DNA of 64,000 nt from a bacterium (GCA_035419245.1 DAOLSP010000001.1:203364-267363); one strand, 5' to 3'. Positions 8,736 to 16,901 are shown, counted from the stretch's first letter. Notes: generated from the sequence alone by a model not told the origin. Numbers and translations are program-made.

Positions 8736-9563
8736 TCACCAGCCGATGGTGACGCCGACCACGGCCTTTTTGGGTGCAGTATCGTCACTCCCGCTGGCGA
8801 GCATATAGATGATCCCGCCGCCGATTGCGGCTGTGGTGATCCAGAATGCCGGCTTGGCATAGAGGGATTTAGAAGTTCCTTTCGCGGCCGGACGGACGGC
8901 TGTTGCCTCTTTACCGCGGGTCAACGGGGTCGGTCCGCTGCGCCGTTCCTGCAATCGTGCAATCTCTTCATCGGTGAGCAGCCGGATGGGGATCTGATCG
9001 GTTTTGGCTTCATTGCCAAAATCATCGGTCGCGGTGATCTGGTAGGACAAACGTCCTCCGGCGGTGAGCTGCACCGGCAGGGTGATCCGGTAGGCCGCGC
9101 CGGACTCGACAATCTGGACCGCATCGGCCGGAATGTACCCCACCAGACCCGCCGCGCTGCGAATGCGGTAATAGGGTGGGTGCACCAGAGTGACCTCGAG
9201 CAGTTCACCCGGGGCAAGCTGCCCCAGAAGTTTGCCGTTGCCGCTAGGCGTTGCATAAAGCGCCACTGCTTCGGTACCGGTTTGCACCACCACCGGCACG
9301 CTCGAGGCGCTCTGTACCGGATTCATTTCGTGCTGGATCTGTTGCCCGTCATGCTGGACGGTGATGCGCACGCTCTTGACGCCGGAGTTATCGCTTACAT
9401 TGGCGAGAATGGGCAAGATTTTGCCGACCCGGCCGAGACGGACCGGCTGATGGGCGATTTTGGGCGGCGTGGTATCAAAGACTTGCGCCCCGGCCGCCAA
9501 CGGCAGTATCAGCAGCGCGAAAAACCAGCGCCATTTTGTTTCAGAGTTTAGCAGGTGTTCCAT
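8736..9563 (-). CDS. Exported protein: Ig-like domain with inserted SH3b domain, C-terminal hydrophobic anchor
   Basis: Signal peptide; DTTPPKIAHQP...SDNSGVKSV Ig start; SH3b-like LYATPSGNGKLLGQL..GELLEV...YYRI...GYI; C-terminal AFWITTAAIGGGIIYMLA segment. Confidence 0.7.
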   Translation of the reverse strand: MEHLLNSETKWRWFFALLILPLAAGAQVFDTTPPKIAHQPVRLGRVGKILPILANVSDNSGVKSVRITVQHDGQQIQHEMNPVQSASSVPVVVQTGTEAVALYATPSGNGKLLGQLAPGELLEVTLVHPPYYRIRSAAGLVGYIPADAVQIVESGAAYRITLPVQLTAGGRLSYQITATDDFGNEAKTDQIPIRLLTDEEIARLQERRSGPTPLTRGKEATAVRPAAKGTSKSLYAKPAFWITTAAIGGGIIYMLASGSDDTAPKKAVVGVTIGW

Positions 9564-9605
9564 CGTATGACATTCTCCCTGGATTGGGCGAATAGTTTAA
9601 AATAT

Positions 9606-9628
9606 TTATTATATTGATGATATAATAA
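9606..9628. promoter_or_regulatory. Perfect 9-5-9 AT-rich inverted repeat, candidate operator upstream of the surface-protein locus
   Basis: TTATTATAT-TGATG-ATATAATAA, 43-65 nt upstream of the SH3 gene start. Confidence 0.5.
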
Positions 9629-9718
9629 TTGGAAGATGGCCCGGTCCTTTCCCCTTGCAGAAAGGCAAATTCCAGTCCACGATTACAGAAGTGTCCCAAT
9701 GCGCGGCAAATTTATGCA

Positions 9719-9750
9719 TAAAAAAGCCCGGCTTCATACGAAACACGGGC
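9719..9750 (-). terminator. Intrinsic terminator downstream of greA
   Basis: Minus strand gcccg(t)gtttc-gtat-gaagc-cgggc followed by TTTTTT. Confidence 0.7.
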
Positions 9751-9887
9751 GGTTCGTCGCGAAAAGCGTCTGGCAACGTATGAAAGAGAATGGATGCAAA
9801 GCCCGATGCTGTACGTTCAAGAACAAAAACCGGATTCTCGGGATCCCCGTTCCAGACCGGACTACGGTGGTACCCCTGGTTGCTCGC

Positions 9888-10358
9888 TTATGAAATCTTT
9901 TTAACGCGATAGGTGATCTCCCCTGCAGGCACACGGATCGAGACAATATCGTCCACACCCTTGCCGACCAAAGCCTTGCCAACCGGTGAATCGATGGAGA
10001 TGGCATCTAGATCATAGGAATGGAATTCTGCGGTCGGCACCAGCTCGTAGACCGTCTCCTCCTCGGTTTTAAGATCGACCAGCAGCACGCGGCTGCCCAC
10101 ATGAACCTGCTCGGTCCCCATCATCTCTTCGCTCAATATCCGCGCCCGCGAAAGGGTCTCCTCCAGCCGGGCGATCTTGCGCTCGATCAGCAGCTGCTTC
10201 TCCTTGGCGGCATCATATTCGGCATTCTCGCTCAGATCGCCCTTTTCGCGCGCCTCGGCAATCTCCTTGATCACCTTGGTGCGTTCGTTGCGCTTGAGAT
10301 GATGCAATTCAGTCTGTAATTTGTTCAACTGCTCTTTGGTCAGGTACAGGGGTTTCAT
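9888..10358 (-). CDS. greA: Transcription elongation factor GreA
   Basis: IAEAREKGDLSENAEYDAAKE motif and ISIDSPVGKAL C-terminal motif. The ATG at 10358 has GAGG 7 nt upstream (alternative GTG at 10361). Confidence 0.97.
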   Translation of the reverse strand: MKPLYLTKEQLNKLQTELHHLKRNERTKVIKEIAEAREKGDLSENAEYDAAKEKQLLIERKIARLEETLSRARILSEEMMGTEQVHVGSRVLLVDLKTEEETVYELVPTAEFHSYDLDAISIDSPVGKALVGKGVDDIVSIRVPAGEITYRVKKIS

Positions 10359-10421
10359 CACCAGGCCTCTTCACTCTCTTTGCACGGTTCAATGGATATG
10401 TCGGGAGACGGATCCAAGCGG

Positions 10422-10470
10422 AATAAAAACGCAAACCGAACCGGCGTTAGGACACCGATTCGGTTTGCGT
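10422..10470 (-). terminator. Intrinsic terminator in the greA 5' leader (attenuator)
   Basis: Minus strand 18-bp stem acgcaaaccgaatcggtg / cgccggttcggtttgcgt (2 G-U pairs), 6-nt loop, then TTTTTATT. Confidence 0.8.
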
Positions 10471-10476
10471 GTTGTT

Positions 10477-10505
10477 AAACTAATAATAAATACGCAATTT
10501 GTCAA
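10477..10505 (-). promoter_or_regulatory. Sigma70-type promoter of greA
   Basis: TTGACA (10505-10500), 17 nt, TAGTTT (10482-10477). Confidence 0.7.
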
Positions 10506-10553
10506 GAAAAATTTAAAGAATTCCCTACCGGCGCAAGCGCGAAAACAAATTCC

Positions 10554-10582
10554 TTGGCTTTTTAGCCCGCTTGTACTAAATT
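10554..10582 (+). promoter_or_regulatory. Candidate sigma70 promoter for asparaginase-pepD
   Basis: TTGGCT, 17 nt, TAAATT. Confidence 0.4.
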
Positions 10583-10612
10583 GAATAACGGATCACCAGA
10601 AAGAAGGCCTCC

Positions 10613-11137
10613 ATGCCCGCAAAAAAAGTCAAGATCTACGTCATCACCACCGGCGGCACCATCGAAAAGATCTACGACGAAGAGAGCGGCACCCTGACCA
10701 ACCGCGGCTCACTCCTGCAGCAGATGCTCGCCCGGCTACGTCTGCCCTATACCACCATCCAAAGCTACGATCTGCTCTGCAAAGACTCGCTGGAGATGAC
10801 CGACAAGGACCGGCAGATGATCCTGCTCGCCGTCGAGAATCTCCTGGAGCATGATGCCCCCATTCTCATCCTCCATGGCACCGACACCATGGAAAAGACA
10901 GCGGAGTATCTCCATCACAATCTTGCCGGATTGCGGGTGCCTATCGTCCTGACCGGGGCGATGAAGCCTTTCGGCTTTGAAAACTCCGACGCCCTGCAGA
11001 ACTTTACCGAAGCCCTGCTGGCCTGCTCCCTGGTTGCACCCGGGGTCTACATCAGCATGCATGGACGTATCCATCCCTTGCCCGGGGTGTTCAAAAACCG
11101 TGAAAAAGGCACCTTTGAAAAACGAGAATCCATCTAA
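10613..11137 (+). CDS. Short-chain L-asparaginase (N-terminal catalytic domain only)
   Basis: TTGGTI and HGTDTM catalytic motifs and VLTGAM; only 174 aa. Confidence 0.85.
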   Translation: MPAKKVKIYVITTGGTIEKIYDEESGTLTNRGSLLQQMLARLRLPYTTIQSYDLLCKDSLEMTDKDRQMILLAVENLLEHDAPILILHGTDTMEKTAEYLHHNLAGLRVPIVLTGAMKPFGFENSDALQNFTEALLACSLVAPGVYISMHGRIHPLPGVFKNREKGTFEKRESI

Positions 11138-11174
11138 CTCGTTAACGATATCCATCCTAAATCAGGAGGCAGCC

Positions 11175-12626
11175 ATGTCTGTAACAGCGCATCTTGAACC
11201 CAAAGCACTCTGGAAGCATTTTGAGGAAATCTGTAAAATTCCCCATGGTTCGGGCAATGAAAAAGCGATCGGTGATTATGTGCTCAAGGTAGCCCAAAAT
11301 TTGGGCTTGAAAGCGGTACGCGATGAAACCGGCAATGTGATCGTTTATAAAAAAGCCTCTTCCGGCCATGAAAAATCCACCGGCGTTGTGCTCCAGGGTC
11401 ACCTCGACATGGTCAATGTGAAAGAACCGGGCTCCCCGCATAATTTCGACAAAGACCCCCTCCGTTTAATCCTCAATGGAGATTGGCTGAAAGCGGATGG
11501 CACAACCCTGGGGGCCGATAACGGTATTGGCGTCGCAGCTGCTCTCGCGGTTCTGGAGGATGACAAGCTTGTCCACGGCCCGCTTGAAGCCCTCTTCACC
11601 GTTTCCGAAGAGACCGGGCTGGATGGTGCGCGTACCCTCTCCCCGGATGCCATCAAGGGCCGCATCCTGCTCAACCTCGACAGCGAAGAGCTTGGTAATT
11701 TCTCGATTGGCTGCGCCGGCGGCGCTGATTCCAATCTTCAGCTGCCGATCAAACGTGCCGAAGCCAAGGGCGACAAAGCCCTCACCGTGACGGTTACCGG
11801 CCTGAACGGCGGGCACTCCGGCATTGAGATCCATCAGGGGCGCGGGAATGCCATCAAGATCCTCAACCGCCTCATCTGGCAGCTCTCCAGGGAGGTGAAA
11901 GTCGAGCTGGCCAGCTTCAAGGGCGGTACCAAGCATAATGCCATTCCGGATACGGCGGTGGCAGAAATCGTCCTGAAGAAGAAAGAGGTTGAAAAAGCCA
12001 AGGCCTGGTTGAACAGTACGCTCGATGATATCCGGCTTGAATTCAAACCGGTGGAGGGAAAAATCAACCTAATCATCGAGGAGTCCAAGGGGAAAATTCC
12101 CACTGTGCTCGATAGCGAATCAAAAGAGCAGCTGTTGGGCCTGATCTTTGCACTTCCCCACGGTCCTCTGGCGATGAGCCGGAGCATCAAGGGTCTGGTC
12201 GAAACCTCAAATAATGTCGCCATCATCGATACCAAGGAGAAAAAGGCGACGATTCTGTGCAGCAGCCGCAGTTCCAGCATGCCGGCGCTGCGCGCCACGC
12301 GCGACAAGTTGGCAGCGATCGCCAAGTTGGCCGGTGCTAAAATCGAGCAGCCCGAGGGCTATCCCTCCTGGATGCCCAATGTCGACTCCCCACTGCTCAA
12401 GGTAACGGCGGAAACCTACGAAGCGGTGACCCGCAAAAAGGCCAAATATTCAGCCATCCATGCCGGACTGGAGTGTGGCATCATTGGCGCCATCTACCCG
12501 GGGATGGATATGATCTCCTTCGGTCCGGACTTGCGGGATGTCCATTCGACGAAGGAACGGGTCGATGTCAAGAGCGTGGCCAAATTTTACGCCCACCTGC
12601 TTAAACTAGTCGAAACCCTCGCCTGA
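11175..12626 (+). CDS. pepD: Aminoacyl-histidine dipeptidase (M20 family)
   Basis: QGHLDMV, TLGADNGIG, SEETGLDGA and HAGLECG motifs; SD aggagg before the ATG at 11175. Confidence 0.92.
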   Translation: MSVTAHLEPKALWKHFEEICKIPHGSGNEKAIGDYVLKVAQNLGLKAVRDETGNVIVYKKASSGHEKSTGVVLQGHLDMVNVKEPGSPHNFDKDPLRLILNGDWLKADGTTLGADNGIGVAAALAVLEDDKLVHGPLEALFTVSEETGLDGARTLSPDAIKGRILLNLDSEELGNFSIGCAGGADSNLQLPIKRAEAKGDKALTVTVTGLNGGHSGIEIHQGRGNAIKILNRLIWQLSREVKVELASFKGGTKHNAIPDTAVAEIVLKKKEVEKAKAWLNSTLDDIRLEFKPVEGKINLIIEESKGKIPTVLDSESKEQLLGLIFALPHGPLAMSRSIKGLVETSNNVAIIDTKEKKATILCSSRSSSMPALRATRDKLAAIAKLAGAKIEQPEGYPSWMPNVDSPLLKVTAETYEAVTRKKAKYSAIHAGLECGIIGAIYPGMDMISFGPDLRDVHSTKERVDVKSVAKFYAHLLKLVETLA

Positions 12627-12640
12627 GAGGCCTTGCCCAT

Positions 12641-12670
12641 GCCCCGCGTGGTCCCGCGGGGCTTTTTTTT
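12641..12670 (+). terminator. Intrinsic terminator
   Basis: gccccgcg-tggtcc-cgcggggc followed by T8. Confidence 0.9.
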
Positions 12671-12781
12671 GCCTGGCCCCTCCCGCCCCTGCCACACTGA
12701 AACAAACAGCCGGGGGTTCCGTATATTTCACTAAACCGTTTTCTCCAGCAGTTGGCGGCACACTAGATGGAGTCCTCCGCT

Positions 12782-13885
12782 ATGTTGAAACGCAACAGAA
12801 AAAAATGGTACTGGTTGATCGCTGCCGTGGTCATTGTGATCCTCCTAGCGGCATCGATCATGGCTAAAGCGAAGAAGGGGGAGGAAAAGGGGCCGGCCAA
12901 GGTCAAGGTCGGACGCATGGATATCATTGACAAGGCTCTGGCAGTAGGCGCGATCGAGCCCCGGAATGAGATCGCGGTCAAATCTAAAACCTCCGGCGTC
13001 GTCGGCAAGCTCTACGTCGAGGTCGGCGATCACATCCAGGCCGGCGCCCCGCTGCTCGACGTCCGGCCCGATCCGACGCCCCTCGAACTGGCCGAAGCCA
13101 CCCGCGGTGTCGAAATCGCCGAGATCGAACTGGCCACCCTGAGCAAGGAACTCGAACGTCAGAAAGAGCTCCAGGCCAAGGGGTTGATCGCACAGCAGGA
13201 ATATGAGACCCTGGCGCAGCAACATGACCAGGCCTCCGTGCGCACACAGATAGCCCGTGAACGGCTGGCGCTACTCAAGAAGGGACGAATAAATATTGCC
13301 GGCAATGCCATCGAAACCACCGTCCGTGCCCCCATCACCGGCTACATTCTGCAAAAGTCGGTCAACCTCGGCGACCCGGTCGTCCCCCTGACTTCATACC
13401 AGGCCGGAACCGAATTGATGAAAATGGCCGACATGAAAGACCTGCTCTTCCGCGGCACCCTGGATGAGATCGATGTCGGCAAGATCACCGAGGGGATGCC
13501 CTGCGAACTGCAGATTGGCGCCCTGCCGGGCAAAACCGTCAAGGGTCATGTCTCCCTGATCTCACTAAAGGCGCGCAAGGAGGAAAACACCACCCTCTTC
13601 CCGGTGGAGATCGCGATCGACGATGCGGCGGGCGCCGTGCTCCGCGCCGGATTTTCCGCCAATGCTAGCGTTATCATCAGCAAAAAGGAAAAAGTGCTGG
13701 CCATCCCGGAACGTGTGGTCACCTTCCGCAATGACTCCGCCTTCGTCCAGATCAGCACCGGCCCCGAGAGCAGCAAGGAGCAGTACATCAGGACCGGTCT
13801 CAGCGACGCCATCAACATCGAGGTGATCTCCGGGCTGCAAGAGGGGCAGGAGGTTCTCGAGAAAAAGGTCAAGCCCATCGTTTAA
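12782..13885 (+). CDS. Periplasmic adaptor (MacA-like membrane fusion protein)
   Basis: N-terminal TM; GAIEP..EIAVKSKTSGVV lipoyl motif; RAPITG; coiled coil. The start is chosen by the GGAG SD (ORF extends to 12767). Confidence 0.9.
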   Translation: MLKRNRKKWYWLIAAVVIVILLAASIMAKAKKGEEKGPAKVKVGRMDIIDKALAVGAIEPRNEIAVKSKTSGVVGKLYVEVGDHIQAGAPLLDVRPDPTPLELAEATRGVEIAEIELATLSKELERQKELQAKGLIAQQEYETLAQQHDQASVRTQIARERLALLKKGRINIAGNAIETTVRAPITGYILQKSVNLGDPVVPLTSYQAGTELMKMADMKDLLFRGTLDEIDVGKITEGMPCELQIGALPGKTVKGHVSLISLKARKEENTTLFPVEIAIDDAAGAVLRAGFSANASVIISKKEKVLAIPERVVTFRNDSAFVQISTGPESSKEQYIRTGLSDAINIEVISGLQEGQEVLEKKVKPIV

Positions 13886-13923
13886 GGCCCCAATCGGCCC
13901 GTGCCAATCCGGGAGCAGCGACC

Positions 13924-15162
13924 ATGAGTCATTTGCTAGAAACCATCAAAGAGATCCTGTATTATCTGCGCCAGTACAAGGGCCGCACCTTCATGACCCT
14001 TTTCGGGATTATCTGGGGCACGGTGAGCATCGTCGTGCTTCTGGCCTTCGGCGTAGGCGTGCACACCTCGATGAGTAAGAACATGCACGGCATGGGGGAG
14101 TCCATCGCCATCCTTTGGCCGGGGCGCACCGCTCTCCCCTACATGGGCTTCGGCCGCGACCGATTTATCAGCTTCATCGAGGAGGATGCGGAACTGTTAC
14201 GCCGCGAGGTGCGCGAAATCCGCCGGATCAGTCCGGAATATTCCAAATGGAACGCCCCGCTGCGCTTCGGCGAGCAGATCAACAAGCCGAACGTCGCCGG
14301 CGTTATCCCCGAGTATGCCGAGATGCGCAACATCCAGACCCAACCCGGCGGGCGCTGGATCGATGATATCGATCTTAAGGAGCGCAAACGGGTGGTCTTT
14401 TTGGGGGACGAACTGGCCAAATTCCTCTTTGGCGAAGGCAGCAATCCCGTCGGCAAATACCTCTACGTCGCCGACTCGCCCTTCCTGGTCATCGGCGTGC
14501 TGACACATAAGACTCAGAACTCCTCTTATAGCTCTCGCGATCAGGACCGCGCCTTCATTCCGGCCTCGACCTTTCAGTCCATGTTCGGAGCGCGGCGGAT
14601 CGAAAATATTGTCTACCAGATCGGCAATCCGCTCGATTCGCAGCTGGCGCAACAGCGGATTTATGAGGTGCTCGGCAAAAAGAAGGGCTTCGATCCCAAG
14701 GACAAGGAGGCCCTGGGGATCTGGGATACCACCGAGATGGACAAATTCACCTACTATTTTTCCCTTGGATTCAACATCTTCATGGGCATCATCGGTGTGA
14801 TGACACTGACCGTCGGCGGCATCGGCCTGGCCAATATCATGTATGTCGTCGTCCAGGAGCGCACCGCGGAGATCGGGGTGCGGCGATCCGTTGGCGCCCG
14901 GCGTTCCCATATCATGTCCCAGTTCCTTCTCGAGTCCTTCATCATTGTTTTGGCCGGCGCGGTCATCGGCTTCCTTCTCGCCGCGCTGATCATCAAGGGG
15001 ATCGCTGCAATGCCCTATGAAGAATATGTCGGCGATCCCGCACTTAACGTACGCGTCGCGCTGATCACCGTGCTGATCCTCGGCCTGGTCGGGATGGTCG
15101 CTGGCTGGTTTCCGGCCCGCAAGGCCTCCCGACTCAGCGTCATCGAGTGCCTGCGCCACTAA
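13924..15162 (+). CDS. ABC transporter permease (MacB/FtsX family)
   Basis: FLSGIIWG-type N-terminal TM (MTLFGIIWG), periplasmic core, GGIGLANIMYVVVQERTAEIGVRRSVGA. Confidence 0.92.
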   Translation: MSHLLETIKEILYYLRQYKGRTFMTLFGIIWGTVSIVVLLAFGVGVHTSMSKNMHGMGESIAILWPGRTALPYMGFGRDRFISFIEEDAELLRREVREIRRISPEYSKWNAPLRFGEQINKPNVAGVIPEYAEMRNIQTQPGGRWIDDIDLKERKRVVFLGDELAKFLFGEGSNPVGKYLYVADSPFLVIGVLTHKTQNSSYSSRDQDRAFIPASTFQSMFGARRIENIVYQIGNPLDSQLAQQRIYEVLGKKKGFDPKDKEALGIWDTTEMDKFTYYFSLGFNIFMGIIGVMTLTVGGIGLANIMYVVVQERTAEIGVRRSVGARRSHIMSQFLLESFIIVLAGAVIGFLLAALIIKGIAAMPYEEYVGDPALNVRVALITVLILGLVGMVAGWFPARKASRLSVIECLRH

Positions 15163-15185
15163 CCCCTAATCGCGGAGGAGTCAGG

Positions 15186-16433
15186 ATGCATCTCTGGATG
15201 CTGATCAGGGAATTTCTGCAAGACATAAAGAAGCAGCGGCTGCGCGCATTTCTCACCACCTTTGCCATCACCTGGGGAACGCTGGTGGTGATCCTGCTGA
15301 TGTCCTTCGGCGCCGGACTTTCCTTTCGCATGCGCGAGGGCTTGCTCAATGCCGCCGACCGGGTGATCACGGTTTGGCCCAACCAGACGACCATCAAGTA
15401 CCAGGGCCTGCCAATCGGCCGCCGCATCGGTCTCACCGAAGAGGACGTCGAGCTACTACAGCAAAGCCTTCCGATGGTCAGCCAGGTTTGTCCCCAGCAA
15501 GGCAAGCACGGCACCCGGCTGCGGAATGGCAGCCGTACGGCTTTGACCTATATGGAAGCGGTCTACCCCAATTTTGAATGGATGCGACGCATGTATCCGG
15601 CCGCGGGCGGCCGCTTCCTCGATGCCATGGATCAGCAGGAAAAACGGCGTGTCGTTTTTATCGGCAGCGAGATCGCCAGGGAGCTTTTTGGCGAGGAAAA
15701 TCCGGTCGGCAAGGGCTGCGAACTGGACGGCCTGCCCTTCACCGTCGTCGGTGTCCTGCCCAAAAAGATGCAGACCTCGATGAACAACGGCCCCGATGAC
15801 CGTCGCGCCGTCATCCCGTATTCGACCTTTCAGAGCATTTACGGGTGGCGCTACCTCAATAGCATCATCCTCCAGCCGGCCAATCCCCAGGAGGGCAAAC
15901 TGATCAAGGAGGAGATCTATCGGGTTCTCGGCCGCAAACACCGCTTCGACCCCAAGGATGATAAGGCCCTCTTCGTTTGGGACGTCGCCGAGACCGTAGC
16001 CATCCAGGATAAGATCTTTCTCGGACTGAATATCTTTATGGGCGTGGTCGGTTCGATGACCCTGATCATCGCCGGCGTTGGTGTGGCTAATATCATGTAC
16101 GTTGTCGTTAAGGAACGCACCCGCGAGATCGGCATCAAACGCGCGGTAGGCGCGCGGCGCTGGCACATCATGCTCCAAATCATCTTTGAGTCCCTGCTGA
16201 TGTCCACCATCGGCGGGCTTGTGGGCATCCTGGCAGCCACAGGAATCATCAAGGCGATCTGGCTGATTCCGGCGCAAGACGGGGCCATGCAGTTCCTCGG
16301 ACGCCCCCTGCTCTCAACCTCCGTGATGGTCATCGCCGTCTCGCTGTTGGCACTGATCGGCCTCCTCGCCGGCTTCTTTCCAGCGCGGCGCGCCGCTCAT
16401 ATCGATCCGGTTGAAGCCTTGCGCTACGAATAG
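15186..16433 (+). CDS. ABC transporter permease (MacB/FtsX family)
   Basis: GVGVANIMYVVVKERTREIGIKRAVGA and PARRAAHIDPVEALRYE; SD gaggag before the ATG at 15186. Confidence 0.92.
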   Translation: MHLWMLIREFLQDIKKQRLRAFLTTFAITWGTLVVILLMSFGAGLSFRMREGLLNAADRVITVWPNQTTIKYQGLPIGRRIGLTEEDVELLQQSLPMVSQVCPQQGKHGTRLRNGSRTALTYMEAVYPNFEWMRRMYPAAGGRFLDAMDQQEKRRVVFIGSEIARELFGEENPVGKGCELDGLPFTVVGVLPKKMQTSMNNGPDDRRAVIPYSTFQSIYGWRYLNSIILQPANPQEGKLIKEEIYRVLGRKHRFDPKDDKALFVWDVAETVAIQDKIFLGLNIFMGVVGSMTLIIAGVGVANIMYVVVKERTREIGIKRAVGARRWHIMLQIIFESLLMSTIGGLVGILAATGIIKAIWLIPAQDGAMQFLGRPLLSTSVMVIAVSLLALIGLLAGFFPARRAAHIDPVEALRYE

Positions 16434-16435
16434 AG

Positions 16436-16464
16436 TTGCGCCGTATCCGCAAAATTTGTACATT
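16436..16464 (+). promoter_or_regulatory. Candidate ssrA promoter
   Basis: TTGCGC, 17 nt, TACATT, about 40 nt upstream of the mature tmRNA 5' end. Confidence 0.5.
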
Positions 16465-16505
16465 TAAGGAACAAATCCCGGCAGAGATTCGTTTCAGCAG
16501 TACAT

Positions 16506-16869
16506 GGGGACGAATATGGTTTCGACGGGAATCATGACGGTAGTGGACGCATGCCGAGGACCCCGGTTGGCCTCGTTAATCATCCGGGACAATAAGTAGA
16601 TGCAGACGATTATTCGTATGCACTGGCTGCCTAATTAAAGGTGGCCACGTTCCCTATGGTTTGCGCCCGCAGGGGCTGTAGAGGAGCGTCGATCACTGCA
16701 GGATAGCCTCCGGGCATGCTCTGGGCCCCGAGGCGAACCTTAACAGGGCTGGACCGCATCCGCTTGGTCTGTTGCGCGTGGTGCGGTCGAGATCCAGCAG
16801 CAGACTATGCATGTAGTGGCTGCTACGGCCGGGTTTTCGGACGTGGGTTCGACTCCCACCGTCTCCACC
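16506..16869 (+). ncRNA. ssrA: tmRNA; tag peptide (A)ADDYSYALAA*
   Basis: 5' GGGGACGAATATGGTTTCGAC. 3' T-arm GTGGGTTCGACTCCCAC and CGTCTCC-A-CC pairing with GGGGACG including the G3-U pair. Pk1-like ccgagg...cctcg. Tag ORF 16602-16634 ends in ALAA-TAA. Confidence 0.95.
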
Positions 16870-16871
16870 TC

Positions 16872-16901
16872 AAGCCTTGTTGAACAAACAAGGCTTTTTT
16901 T
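16872..16901 (+). terminator. ssrA intrinsic terminator
   Basis: aagccttgtt-gaaca-aacaaggctt with a T-run. Confidence 0.85.

Noticed and set aside
9772-9803. GGCAAC..GAAA..GGATGCAAAGCC resembling a c-di-GMP-I riboswitch
   Set aside because: The bases flanking GAAA do not pair, and on this strand it points into the 3' end of greA with no downstream gene.
10977-11174. N-terminal extension of PepD overlapping the asparaginase (also extended starts for sufB, sufD, sufS, cca and the Nudix gene)
   Set aside because: Downstream starts have good SD sites or match the family N-terminus; no slippery site suggesting a frameshift fusion.
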